Assembly: GCF_000039765.1 (NCBI RefSeq)
Contig: NC_004460.2
Coordinates: forward strand, 600,001 to 632,000
From: Vibrio vulnificus CMCP6
GTDB taxonomy: Bacteria; Pseudomonadota; Gammaproteobacteria; Enterobacterales; Vibrionaceae
DNA length: 32,000 nucleotides
Direction: 5' to 3'
The notes under the pieces were generated by a model. That model saw only the letters and a list, made by a program, of their open reading frames with translations, was not told the DNA's origin and ran no database searches. The position numbers were made by a program, and so were the translations under genes. Below are positions 1-9,551 of this stretch, in pieces; position 1 is the stretch's first letter; the number at the start of each line of letters is the position of its first letter.

Positions 1-1
1 T

Positions 2-373
2 GCCGATATTGTTCTGAAGCACAGTAATTTGCGCTCCGCCTCAATTGTCGATGCACGATCTATGGAACGGTTTTTAGCTCAGGTCCCAGAGCCCAGAGAA
101 GGTATACGCAGTGGCCACATTCCGGGTTCCCTGTGTTTGCCGTTTTCACAACTGATGGACAAAGGCCATATTAAACCTTTGTCTGGTTTGCAAGAGGCTT
201 TCGAGTCGCTACCATTAGACCAGAGTAAACCGATCATTTTCAGTTGTGGCTCGGGGGTCACTGCATGCATTTTGTTATTAGGCGCATACCTAATCGGTTA
301 CAAAAATTTGTCTGTCTACGACGGTTCATGGACGGAATGGGGAGCCAACCCTCAATTACCTATTGAACCTTAA
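2..373 (+). CDS. sseA: 3-mercaptopyruvate/thiosulfate sulfurtransferase (rhodanese family), C-terminal fragment; 5' end lies outside the window
   Basis: Reading frame is open from base 2 upstream of the TTG at 29; contains VDAR, GHIPGS and the active-site loop SCGSGVTA followed by YDGSWTEWG, typical of the SseA C-terminal rhodanese domain. Confidence 0.85.
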   Translation, partial: ADIVLKHSNLRSASIVDARSMERFLAQVPEPREGIRSGHIPGSLCLPFSQLMDKGHIKPLSGLQEAFESLPLDQSKPIIFSCGSGVTACILLLGAYLIGYKNLSVYDGSWTEWGANPQLPIEP

Positions 374-402
374 CGAAGACAGCGTCAAACAGAAGGCAAA
401 GA

Positions 403-2679
403 ATGGCTGGAATGAAGAAAAATATTTGGCTGCTATATTGGGTCCTCGTGGTGGTTACCATGGGGCTTTTTATCCTTTTTGGCCATAATTTCTATCATTC
501 CAACCTACAGAAATACCAAGATAAGCAACTGCTGCAACTTGAACTTTTTGCGGCTTCCGTCGACTCACTGTTCAAAAGCCAAGAGTCCCTACTCGAAGTG
601 GTTGGGCATCAATTAGTCGAGCAAAGCGATTTCACTCGGACGGCAGCCATGCAGATACGGCCGCTACTCGATAACTTGATGCGTATTCATCCTATTATTG
701 CTGGTTTTGGCCTTGCTAATCCTAATGGTGACTTTATCGCGGTCAGCAGCAATGTCGATTTAGCGCGAGCAGAAAACTTAATCGCCAACCCCGCGACAAA
801 AATCGGTTTCATCGAAGCGCTCAATTCCAATCGTATGGTATTGGGGCATACCTACTATTTTGATGCCATCGATTCCTTGGTGATTCCCATTCGCAAATCC
901 ATTCGCAATCAGCGCGGTGAAGTGGAAGCCGTCATGACCGCGGGACTAAAAGTCGAGTCGACACTGGTTTTTCGCAACAATATTCATGCGAACCCCTACA
1001 ATATTGTGAGCCTGATACGAGAAGACTTGTACCGCACTTTTGTTTCTGCCGACGCCTCCCTCGTCAATCGTTACGATGCACCCATTGACGATCATCGTTA
1101 CAAAGAGGTCATCGCCGCGGCGGCTTCTCAGTTATCGCTTTCCGAACCGGAACTCAAAGCTTCTCAAAAAGCCGTCACAGTGACGACAAATGGCCCCCAA
1201 GTCTCCTATCTAATGACAGTGAAATACCTGTCGGATTATAAAGTTTGGGCCGTTTCTGCTACTGAAATGCATTTTATTCGTCAACAGTTTTACAGCCAAC
1301 TCGGCTTCTACCTGCTGATCTTCACTATCTTACAGCTCGCGTTTTACGGCTTAGTGCGCTCGATCGCCAACAACGAACAACAAACCATTGAACGCTTAAA
1401 CAAACAAGCGACACACGACACCTTAACTGGCCTGCCAAACAGACTCTATTTGCGCAATAACGTAAACAGTTGGCTCAAAAATAAAACGTCGCCTTTTTCA
1501 CTGCTGTTCATTGATATGGATAACTTTAAAAGTGTCAACGACACTCATGGTCACGATTTTGGTGACCAAGTTCTAAAACAAATCACGCAACGATTAGGTT
1601 CATTCAACAACGACCAACGCTTGTTGGTGCGTGAAGCCAGCGATGAATTCATTTTATTGGTAAAAGAGAGCGATCCTGCGTTACTTAAGTCATTAGCGAC
1701 TACCATGATCGCTAAAATGGCCGAGCCTTATGTGATTAACGACGTTCAGTTCCTATTAAGCTGTAGCGTAGGCATCGCCGTTTATCCCACTCACGGCAAT
1801 GACCTCGACGCGTTACTTCGCGCCGCCGATATCTCGATGTATCGTGCCAAACAAGAGCGTAACTCGTTCAATATTTTCACCACTGAAATGCAAGAGCAGC
1901 ATTTATACAAAACGAAAGTTGAACAACGTTTAAGATTTGCGATTGAACAACAAAAGCTCTTTATGGTTTACCAACCTCAGGTTGATATGGATGGCAAGCT
2001 GCATGGTGTCGAAGCCTTGGTTCGCTGGCAGGACGAAGAGCTCGGTTTTGTCCCACCCGATCTGTTTATTCCTGTCGCCGAAAGCTCAGGACTCATGGTT
2101 AAACTGGGTAAATTCATCATTGAACGCAGTGTCAGTGATATTGCGAGCTATGTGCTGCCACAACGTCAAGACTTGAATCTCTCAATCAACATCTCTGTAA
2201 AACAGTTTATTCAGCAGGATTTTGCTGAGCACCTTCTCACCACCATCGACACGGCAAGACTCGATAGAAAGCGCATTACTCTCGAAATTACGGAAAACTT
2301 GTTTATTGAAGATCTTGAGCAGTTCAAACCCATTTGTAATGAAATGAACCAACAAGGGCTCAAAATCTCTCTGGATGATTTTGGTACCGGCTATTCCTCG
2401 TTGAGCATGCTAAAAGATCTGCCCATTGACGAGCTGAAGATCGACAAGAGCTTTGTCGACAACATCGAGAATGACGCAAAGTCTTTCAACATGGTCAAAA
2501 ACATCATCGCTATCGGGAAAAACTTTGGCATGGCAGTGTTGGCCGAAGGGGTAGAAACGGAGTTGCAAGCGAACAAACTGGCGGAATGTGGTTGCGACTT
2601 GTTGCAAGGCTACTACTACGCGAAACCGCTCAATGTCGAGCAACTGCAAAGCTATCTGGACGAACAGACGGAAAAATAG
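403..2679 (+). CDS. Membrane-bound sensor with periplasmic Cache-like domain, degenerate GGDEF domain and EAL phosphodiesterase domain
   Basis: N-terminal TM segment, TM near residue 310, GGDEF-like domain (DTLTGLPNRLYL, LLFIDMDNFKSVND) with degenerate signature REASDEF, and EAL domain with GVEALVRW, ITENLFIED, DDFGTGYSSLSML and VLAEGVE. Confidence 0.92.
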   Translation: MAGMKKNIWLLYWVLVVVTMGLFILFGHNFYHSNLQKYQDKQLLQLELFAASVDSLFKSQESLLEVVGHQLVEQSDFTRTAAMQIRPLLDNLMRIHPIIAGFGLANPNGDFIAVSSNVDLARAENLIANPATKIGFIEALNSNRMVLGHTYYFDAIDSLVIPIRKSIRNQRGEVEAVMTAGLKVESTLVFRNNIHANPYNIVSLIREDLYRTFVSADASLVNRYDAPIDDHRYKEVIAAAASQLSLSEPELKASQKAVTVTTNGPQVSYLMTVKYLSDYKVWAVSATEMHFIRQQFYSQLGFYLLIFTILQLAFYGLVRSIANNEQQTIERLNKQATHDTLTGLPNRLYLRNNVNSWLKNKTSPFSLLFIDMDNFKSVNDTHGHDFGDQVLKQITQRLGSFNNDQRLLVREASDEFILLVKESDPALLKSLATTMIAKMAEPYVINDVQFLLSCSVGIAVYPTHGNDLDALLRAADISMYRAKQERNSFNIFTTEMQEQHLYKTKVEQRLRFAIEQQKLFMVYQPQVDMDGKLHGVEALVRWQDEELGFVPPDLFIPVAESSGLMVKLGKFIIERSVSDIASYVLPQRQDLNLSINISVKQFIQQDFAEHLLTTIDTARLDRKRITLEITENLFIEDLEQFKPICNEMNQQGLKISLDDFGTGYSSLSMLKDLPIDELKIDKSFVDNIENDAKSFNMVKNIIAIGKNFGMAVLAEGVETELQANKLAECGCDLLQGYYYAKPLNVEQLQSYLDEQTEK

Positions 2680-2706
2680 ACGCTCATTACCCAATTACGG
2701 TGAAAC

Positions 2707-2733
2707 AAAAACCCGCTAAAGCAGCGGGTTTTT
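2707..2733. terminator. Bidirectional Rho-independent terminator between the EAL gene and the chitinase gene
   Basis: AAAAACCCGCT / AAAGC / AGCGGGTTTTT, perfect inverted repeat between converging genes. Confidence 0.85.
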
Positions 2734-2756
2734 ATATCAAAGCCAATGATTGAACT

Positions 2757-4055
2757 TTACTTGCTCGTCATTTCAGCATGCATGGTATCAACCAATTTAC
2801 CGCTTGGATCACCAGAGAGTTCCCACGTAAAGATGCCTCCTAGATTTGATTGCTTCGCCCACTGTGCTTTCGCTTTAATCGAGCGCTGATCTTCAAAGGA
2901 GATAAAGACTTTTTTCTCTGGGTTCCACAAATAAGGTGCTTGAGACTGTTCGTCGTAGTTGTACTGATAGCCTTGTTTCTCCCCATAGTTCTTCACCAGA
3001 TCCCAGAACATGAAGTAGCCATTCTCGCCAGTGCCAAATTGCGCCCCTTGTTCAGAGAGCAGATCCCCTTTCGGCGCTTGACCGTCATAGTCTTTTGTTC
3101 CCTGCCATCCACGGCCATAGAACGCCGCGCCAATCACGAGCTTTTCACTTGGAATGCCAAGTTCAATCATCTGATTGATGAAAACATCTGCGCCCATGCC
3201 CCACCAACTGCGTTCTGTGGCATGCAAGTTGGTGGTGTGTCCGGTCTGCTGCCCCCACCCACCGAGGAAGTCATAGGTCATCGCAAACATGTTGGTGAGA
3301 TAGGGCTGTGCGGCTTTCCAATCGATTTGTGCCGCTTTCGCGCCCACACCAACCGCTGTTGACAGTTCATACTCTCGATTGGTTTTCTTTTCTAACGCAT
3401 CAAGATCGGCACGCAACGTTTTGACTAAGTAAGTAAAAGCATCACGCTCTGCCGCTTTCTGTTCATCAGACAGTTTCGTCGCAGGATTCCAAGGGGACGT
3501 GGTTAAGCCACCACCGCCCGGGTATTCCCAGTCCAAGTCAATGCCGTCAAAGAAGTCATATTGTTTGATAAGTTCAACGGCGGTTTTAGAGAACTGCGCC
3601 ATTGCTTTGGGATCCTTGGCCATTGCATGAAACGGCTCAGACATGGTCCAGCCACCAAAAGAAGGAAGGATTTTAAGATCTGGGTGCTGTTTCTTCAGTT
3701 CCGCAAGCTGGGCAAAATGGCCTTTGAATGGCACCTTCACCGATACCTTGCCGAAGTCTTTTTCTAGGGCGGCTTCGGTATCAACGACAATCGCACTGAA
3801 TGGCTCTTTGCCTTCGCACTGTTTGGCTACCAACTTTTGTACTGTCTCTGATGCTCCAGTGTGAGGACCACACATGCTTAAAAAGGCGTAGATAACATGA
3901 GTCAGCTTTTCTGCAGGAATATCTTTCACCGTGTAAGGATTTGAAGCATTCGCGTATTGCCAATCGGCAAAGTAACCCGCAACCACTTTTTCTTGCGCAA
4001 CAGCGCTACCAGCAAACGCGCTGAACAAAGCAGCGGTAATCAATGTTTTTTTCAT
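2757..4055 (-). CDS. Secreted GH18 family chitinase
   Basis: Signal peptide MKKTLITAALFSAFAGSAVAQE, SFGGWTMS, catalytic DGIDLDWEYPG (DxxDxDxE) and MTYDFLGGWG. GGAGGG Shine-Dalgarno lies just upstream of the ATG at 4055; the ORF track extends to 4067. Confidence 0.93.
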   Translation of the reverse strand: MKKTLITAALFSAFAGSAVAQEKVVAGYFADWQYANASNPYTVKDIPAEKLTHVIYAFLSMCGPHTGASETVQKLVAKQCEGKEPFSAIVVDTEAALEKDFGKVSVKVPFKGHFAQLAELKKQHPDLKILPSFGGWTMSEPFHAMAKDPKAMAQFSKTAVELIKQYDFFDGIDLDWEYPGGGGLTTSPWNPATKLSDEQKAAERDAFTYLVKTLRADLDALEKKTNREYELSTAVGVGAKAAQIDWKAAQPYLTNMFAMTYDFLGGWGQQTGHTTNLHATERSWWGMGADVFINQMIELGIPSEKLVIGAAFYGRGWQGTKDYDGQAPKGDLLSEQGAQFGTGENGYFMFWDLVKNYGEKQGYQYNYDEQSQAPYLWNPEKKVFISFEDQRSIKAKAQWAKQSNLGGIFTWELSGDPSGKLVDTMHAEMTSK

Positions 4056-4121
4056 AAGTCCCTCCAAGTAACTGGTTTAAAGCTACTCCTCGGGATTATT
4101 TTCAGCTTAGAAATCAAATCA

Positions 4122-4162
4122 AATCAGGCTGCGAGTCATTTATAAAATCTCACAGCCTGATT
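4122..4162 (-). terminator. Rho-independent terminator downstream of the SorC/DeoR-family regulator
   Basis: Inverted repeat AATCAGGCTG(c)GAG ... CTC(a)CAGCCTGATT; on the - strand it is followed by TTTGATTTGATTT. Confidence 0.7.
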
Positions 4163-4196
4163 GCACAAATTGCATAAAAATATGCCACCTGATCTG

Positions 4197-5189
4197 CTAT
4201 TGCGCTTTACCTTGCATTTGCTCGTCAAGGTTCAGTACGGTAAGCGCGTTACTCACGCTCGTGGCAATAACGTCAATAGCTCCCGTTCTTAGCGCACCAA
4301 GCAGTGCCAAGGGTTTGCTGTTCTCAGCCGCGATGGCGATGACTTGGGAGATCGGCCTAAACTCTTCAATACCTAAACCAATCACACGATCGCTCATCAC
4401 GGTATTCGCGACGTTGCCATAAATATCAAAAAAGTCATAACCTGCGAAATCCCCCACAACACCTTGCTGTAAGCGAGACTGCACCACTTCATCGGGGGTA
4501 AACCACCCAAGATCGACCATATAGCTGTTCTCACTCATGTCACCAATCCCAATCAGAGCGATGTCGGCTTTGCGTGCGAGATCGAGAGTCTGTTTCACGG
4601 TCGCGTTTTGCATGAATGCCATTTTCTGCTCACGGTTTTCTGCGTACGCAGGCGCATAGAGTGTTTCTGATGTGCCACCATATTTTTTCGCCAACTGGCG
4701 GCAAATATGGTCAGCGTTAAACATACCGCCGCGAGGGTGAATCCCACCAATCCCACAGACAAATTTGCAGTCGCGGGAAGTAATGACACCAACGTGGTGC
4801 GCAACCGCAGAGACATTTCGTCCTTGCCCAACCGAAACCACCATGCCATTTTTTAATGTGCTCGTCAGGTAGTTCGAGACCAAACCGGCCACTTGCTGGC
4901 GCTGTGCTTCTTCGTGGGGTTGGTCAAGCGCGACTAATGCTCGCTTCACACCAAAGCGTTCAATTAGACGCTGCTCAATTTTGGCGCTGAACACCGGGTG
5001 ATACTTCACGGTGATTTCGACGATCCCTTCGTCCCTTGCTTGCTTAAGCATTCGGCCCACTTTGGCGCGAGAAACCGAAAACTTCTTTGAAATCTCTTCC
5101 TGAGTAGCGCCATCCTGATAGTAAGCGACCGAGATCTCAGTCAGAAGATCCGTGCTTTCAATCGATATATCTTGGTTTGAACTGCTCAT
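4197..5189 (-). CDS. SorC/DeoR-family sugar-binding transcriptional regulator
   Basis: N-terminal HTH (YYQDGATQEEISKKFSVSRAKVGRMLKQARDEGIVEI) plus effector-binding domain typical of SorC family. Likely start MSSSNQDIS at 5189 (track start 5207). Divergent from talB. Confidence 0.88.
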   Translation of the reverse strand: MSSSNQDISIESTDLLTEISVAYYQDGATQEEISKKFSVSRAKVGRMLKQARDEGIVEITVKYHPVFSAKIEQRLIERFGVKRALVALDQPHEEAQRQQVAGLVSNYLTSTLKNGMVVSVGQGRNVSAVAHHVGVITSRDCKFVCGIGGIHPRGGMFNADHICRQLAKKYGGTSETLYAPAYAENREQKMAFMQNATVKQTLDLARKADIALIGIGDMSENSYMVDLGWFTPDEVVQSRLQQGVVGDFAGYDFFDIYGNVANTVMSDRVIGLGIEEFRPISQVIAIAAENSKPLALLGALRTGAIDVIATSVSNALTVLNLDEQMQGKAQ

Positions 5190-5652
5190 ATTTACTCTCA
5201 CCCTCATTTCAGAGTGCTATTTTAATCTGCCATTGAGCATATGCTCATTGACTTAGCATATGTTACACACGATTCTAACCGCAACTTTTGCTCATTGAAA
5301 TGACATTTTCTCAGTAAAGATTTTGTTAATGACTTTCACTCACTAAACCTTACCGAGTAAGGGCAAACGTTTAATTGTTGTTTGTTCGATTTTGCGCGAA
5401 AAAAAACGTTGATGAGCATCACCTTAAAGCTCATTCAACCATTGACTTTCCTACACGTTAGGATAAATATGAACACATCATTTACTCAGCCATCGAGCAA
5501 ATGTTCAAAACAAATGTTCGGTCGCTAAATTTTTTCTGATGAATAGAGCGTGCATTGTAAAAATCGCACTAAACTATTCGCTAGTCAGTTTACAAATGTA
5601 TTGGCTTGGGTGTGTACACCGAGCGATAGCCCGTTATATAGGATGATCGATT

Positions 5653-6603
5653 ATGAGCAACAAGTTAGAGCAACTTCGCAAGCTAACAACTGTCGTAGCA
5701 GACACTGGTGAAATTGATGCAATCAAGAAATACCAACCAGAAGATGCAACCACAAACCCTTCTCTGATTCTTAAAGCTGCTCAAATCGCTGAGTATGCAC
5801 CTCTGATCGATGCTTCTATCGAGTATGCAAAAACTCAAAGCGATGACAAAGCACAGCAGATCCAAGACACTTGCGACATGCTTGCAGTAAACATCGGTAA
5901 AGAAATCCTAAAAACAATCCCAGGTCGTATCTCTACAGAAGTGGATGCTCGCCTATCTTACGATATGGAAGGCAGCGTAGCGAAAGCTCGCCAACTAGTG
6001 AAAATGTACAACGATGCGGGCATCACTAACGATCGCATTCTGATCAAACTGGCGTCTACTTGGGAAGGTATTCGCGCAGCGGAAATCCTAGAGAAAGAAG
6101 GCATCAACTGTAACCTGACTCTTCTATTCTCATTCGCTCAAGCGCGTGCTTGTGCAGAAGCGGGCGTATTCCTGATCTCTCCATTCGTTGGTCGTATCAT
6201 GGACTGGTACAAGGCGAAAGAAGGCCGTGATTTTGAAGCTCAAGAAGATCCAGGCGTATTGTCTGTCACTAAGATCTACAACTACTACAAAGAGTACGGC
6301 TATAAAACCGTCGTTATGGGCGCAAGCTTCCGTAACATCGGTGAGATCCTAGAATTGGCTGGTTGTGACCGTCTGACTATCGCGCCAGCTCTACTTGCAG
6401 AGCTAGAAGCGGCTGAAGGTGAAGTGGTTGAGAAACTGGTTGACTCTAAAGGCGCAGCAGAGCGTCCAGCAGCAATGACTCACGCGGAATTCCTATGGGA
6501 GCACAACCAAGACCCAATGGCGGTTGAGAAGCTGGCAGAAGGTATCCGTAACTTCGCCGTTGACCAAGGCAAACTAGAAGCGATGATTGCAGCGAAACTG
6601 TAA
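5653..6603 (+). CDS. talB: Transaldolase
   Basis: 316 aa; [76 protein letters not shown]. Confidence 0.98.
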   Translation: MSNKLEQLRKLTTVVADTGEIDAIKKYQPEDATTNPSLILKAAQIAEYAPLIDASIEYAKTQSDDKAQQIQDTCDMLAVNIGKEILKTIPGRISTEVDARLSYDMEGSVAKARQLVKMYNDAGITNDRILIKLASTWEGIRAAEILEKEGINCNLTLLFSFAQARACAEAGVFLISPFVGRIMDWYKAKEGRDFEAQEDPGVLSVTKIYNYYKEYGYKTVVMGASFRNIGEILELAGCDRLTIAPALLAELEAAEGEVVEKLVDSKGAAERPAAMTHAEFLWEHNQDPMAVEKLAEGIRNFAVDQGKLEAMIAAKL

Positions 6604-6620
6604 TCACACAGAATCAAACT

Positions 6621-6642
6621 AGGGGAACGCAAACGTTCCCCT
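6621..6642 (+). terminator. Strong hairpin between transaldolase and transketolase genes (possible terminator, attenuator or processing site)
   Basis: AGGGGAACG / CAAA / CGTTCCCCT: perfect 9-bp stem, 4-nt loop, followed by ACTTATTTCCTCTTTT, a weak U-tract. Confidence 0.5.
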
Positions 6643-6684
6643 ACTTATTTCCTCTTTTGACTCAAATAATATTCGGTATTTATT

Positions 6685-8676
6685 ATGGATCGTAAACAAC
6701 TCGCTAATGCAATCCGCGCACTCAGCATGGACGGCGTACAAAAAGCAAACTCAGGCCACCCAGGCGCACCTATGGGTATGGCGGACATCGCTGAAGTTCT
6801 TTGGCGCGGCCACCTAAACCACAACCCATCAAACCCTGAATGGGCTGACCGCGACCGTTTCGTACTGTCTAACGGTCACGGCTCTATGCTGATTTACTCG
6901 CTACTGCACTTGAGCGGTTACGAGCTATCTATCGACGACCTAAAGAACTTCCGTCAATTGCACTCTAAGACTCCAGGTCACCCAGAGTACGGCTACGCAC
7001 CGGGCATCGAAACAACAACTGGCCCGCTAGGCCAAGGCATCACCAACGCGGTTGGTATGGCAATGGCTGAGAAAGCGCTCGCAGCGCAATTCAACAAAGA
7101 AGGCCACGACATCGTTGACCACTTTACTTACGTGTTCATGGGCGACGGCTGTCTGATGGAAGGTATCTCGCATGAGGCTTGCTCTCTTGCTGGTACACTA
7201 GGTCTAGGCAAACTGATCGCATTCTGGGATGACAACGGCATCTCTATCGATGGTCACGTTGAAGGTTGGTTCTCTGACGACACACCTAAGCGTTTCGAAG
7301 CTTACGGCTGGCACGTCATCCCAGCAGTGGATGGTCACAATGCGGAAGCGATCAACGCAGCAATTGAAGCCGCTAAAGCAGATCCTCGCCCAACTCTAAT
7401 CTGTACTAAGACTATCATCGGTTTTGGTTCACCAAACAAATCGGGTTCACACGACTGTCACGGTGCACCACTAGGCGCTGAAGAAATTGCAGCGACACGT
7501 AAAGAACTAGGTTGGGAGCACGGTCCTTTTGAAATTCCGCAAGAAGTGTACGCAGAATGGTCAGCGAAGGAAGCAGGCGCAGCTAAGGAAGCAGCGTGGA
7601 ACGAGAAATTTGCAGCTTATGAAGCAGCATATCCAGAGCTTGCAGCAGAGTTCAAACGCCGCGTAAATGGCGAACTGCCAGCGCAGTGGGAAGAGAAAGC
7701 AAACCAAATCATTGCCGATCTTCAAGCAAACCCAGCGAACATCGCATCACGTAAAGCATCGCAAAACGCGCTAGAAGCGTTTGGTAAAATGCTACCAGAA
7801 TTCATGGGCGGCTCTGCTGACCTAGCGCCTTCTAACCTCACCATGTGGTCGGGTTCAAAGTCACTAGAAGCAAGCGACTTCTCTGGTAACTACATCCACT
7901 ACGGTGTGCGTGAATTCGGTATGACTGCGATCATGAACGGTATCGCGCTGCACGGTGGTTTCGTACCTTACGGCGCAACCTTCCTAATGTTCATGGAATA
8001 CGCACGTAACGCAATGCGTATGGCGGCTCTGATGAAAGTGCAAAACATCCAAGTGTACACGCACGATTCTATCGGTCTTGGCGAAGATGGCCCAACTCAC
8101 CAACCCGTTGAGCAAATCGCATCGCTACGTCTAACGCCAAACATGAGCACATGGCGTCCATGTGACCAAGTTGAGTCTGCGGTAGCTTGGAAACTAGCAA
8201 TTGAACGTAAAGATGGTCCATCGGCACTGATTTTCTCTCGTCAAAACCTAGCACAACAACCACGCAGCGCTGAGCAAGTGGCAGACATCGCCAAAGGTGG
8301 TTACATCCTGAAAGACAGCGATGGTAAGCCTGAGCTCATCCTAATCGCGACGGGTTCAGAAGTTGAGCTAGCGGTGAAAGCGGCTGAGCAACTAACAGCT
8401 GAAGGTAAGAAAGTACGCGTGGTTTCAATGCCAGCTACTGATACTTTCGACAAGCAAGACGCGGCTTACCGTGAAGCAGTACTGCCATCAGACGTAACGG
8501 CACGTATCGCTATCGAAGCGGGCATTGCGGACTTCTGGTACAAGTACGTTGGCTTCGACGGTCGCATCATCGGCATGACTACCTTCGGTGAATCTGCACC
8601 AGCAGATCAACTGTTCGAAATGTTCGGTTTTACGGTAGAAAATGTGGTGAACACAGCGAAAGAACTTCTCGCGTAA
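6685..8676 (+). CDS. tkt: Transketolase
   Basis: 663 aa; [40 protein letters not shown], thiamine pyrophosphate motif [28 protein letters not shown]. Confidence 0.98.
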   Translation: MDRKQLANAIRALSMDGVQKANSGHPGAPMGMADIAEVLWRGHLNHNPSNPEWADRDRFVLSNGHGSMLIYSLLHLSGYELSIDDLKNFRQLHSKTPGHPEYGYAPGIETTTGPLGQGITNAVGMAMAEKALAAQFNKEGHDIVDHFTYVFMGDGCLMEGISHEACSLAGTLGLGKLIAFWDDNGISIDGHVEGWFSDDTPKRFEAYGWHVIPAVDGHNAEAINAAIEAAKADPRPTLICTKTIIGFGSPNKSGSHDCHGAPLGAEEIAATRKELGWEHGPFEIPQEVYAEWSAKEAGAAKEAAWNEKFAAYEAAYPELAAEFKRRVNGELPAQWEEKANQIIADLQANPANIASRKASQNALEAFGKMLPEFMGGSADLAPSNLTMWSGSKSLEASDFSGNYIHYGVREFGMTAIMNGIALHGGFVPYGATFLMFMEYARNAMRMAALMKVQNIQVYTHDSIGLGEDGPTHQPVEQIASLRLTPNMSTWRPCDQVESAVAWKLAIERKDGPSALIFSRQNLAQQPRSAEQVADIAKGGYILKDSDGKPELILIATGSEVELAVKAAEQLTAEGKKVRVVSMPATDTFDKQDAAYREAVLPSDVTARIAIEAGIADFWYKYVGFDGRIIGMTTFGESAPADQLFEMFGFTVENVVNTAKELLA

Positions 8677-8702
8677 TCACGATTTCTGACCAAATCAAAC
8701 TC

Positions 8703-8730
8703 AAAGCCCTGCTTTATTTAGCGGGGCTTT
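8703..8730 (+). terminator. Rho-independent terminator after transketolase
   Basis: AAAGCCCTGCT / TTATTT / AGCGGGGCTTT followed by TTTATT. Confidence 0.85.
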
Positions 8731-8942
8731 TTATTATCCTTACTAAACCTAACTAGGCTAACTCGCCAGTCTATTTCGCCCTCCTTTTCGCTGGCCAAAA
8801 AAGCGCACAAGTTTCTTTCTACTTGCATCAAACATTCTGTTTGCCATCTTTCATCTATAGTTAAAACATCACCGCTATCAAGCCGTCACGAAAGCGATGC
8901 ACAGATCCAAAAACACAAATGAGCTATTGAGGAAGTACCATC

Positions 8943-9551
8943 GTGAACAAACGAACTATTCACTTATTGTGGTTGTCTCTAGTTTCCTTGCCCGGCTTCG
9001 CCGAGGATTTGACAGTACGGGTATTCACTCAGCAAGGGGAACCTCTTGAAAACGCGGTCGTGTTTCTCAAGTCAGACGCGCTTCTTCAGTCTCTCCAGCC
9101 GATGCCAGTAGCCGAATTAAGCCAGAACCACCGAACTTTTACCCCGAATGTACTGGTGATCACCAAAGGCAGTGCCGTTGAGTTTCCTAATCGTGATAGA
9201 GTTCGGCACCACGTTTACTCGTTCTCAAATGCAAAAACATTTGAACTCAAACTCTATTCAGGTCGGCCAGAAAAACCTGTCGTGTTTGATAAGGCGGGAG
9301 TTGTCGAGATTGGCTGCAATATTCACGATAGCATGCTGGCATGGATTTTAGTCTCCGACACACCACTCTTTGCCACAACAGACAATCAAGGCGAAGTACA
9401 CTTCACTCAGCAACAAGCCGATACGTATCAGATTGAAGTGTGGCATTCTGCGTTACCCTTTGGCTCTCCCCTCGTCACTCAAGGCACACGCTTAACGGCA
9501 AACAATGCTGCTGTCGAAATAGTGATGCCCGCGTTAGGAGGGAATCTGTGA
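8943..9551 (+). CDS. Exported cupredoxin-like protein (commonly annotated as methylamine utilization protein)
   Basis: Signal peptide MNKRTIHLLWLSLVSLPGFAED, beta-rich sequence with FPNRDRVRHHVYSF and VEIGCNIHDSMLAWILV, resembling the His...Cys-x2-His-x2-Met arrangement of type-1 copper proteins. Confidence 0.75.
   Translation: MNKRTIHLLWLSLVSLPGFAEDLTVRVFTQQGEPLENAVVFLKSDALLQSLQPMPVAELSQNHRTFTPNVLVITKGSAVEFPNRDRVRHHVYSFSNAKTFELKLYSGRPEKPVVFDKAGVVEIGCNIHDSMLAWILVSDTPLFATTDNQGEVHFTQQQADTYQIEVWHSALPFGSPLVTQGTRLTANNAAVEIVMPALGGNL

Noticed and set aside
2850-3864. Long + strand ORFs (2850-3362, 3561-3767, 3643-3864) antisense to the chitinase gene
   Set aside because: Lie entirely opposite a clear GH18 gene; translations lack domain features and are rich in Cys, Arg and His as expected of antisense frames.
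4595-4849. + strand ORF opposite the SorC-family regulator
   Set aside because: Antisense shadow of a well supported CDS, no recognisable domain.
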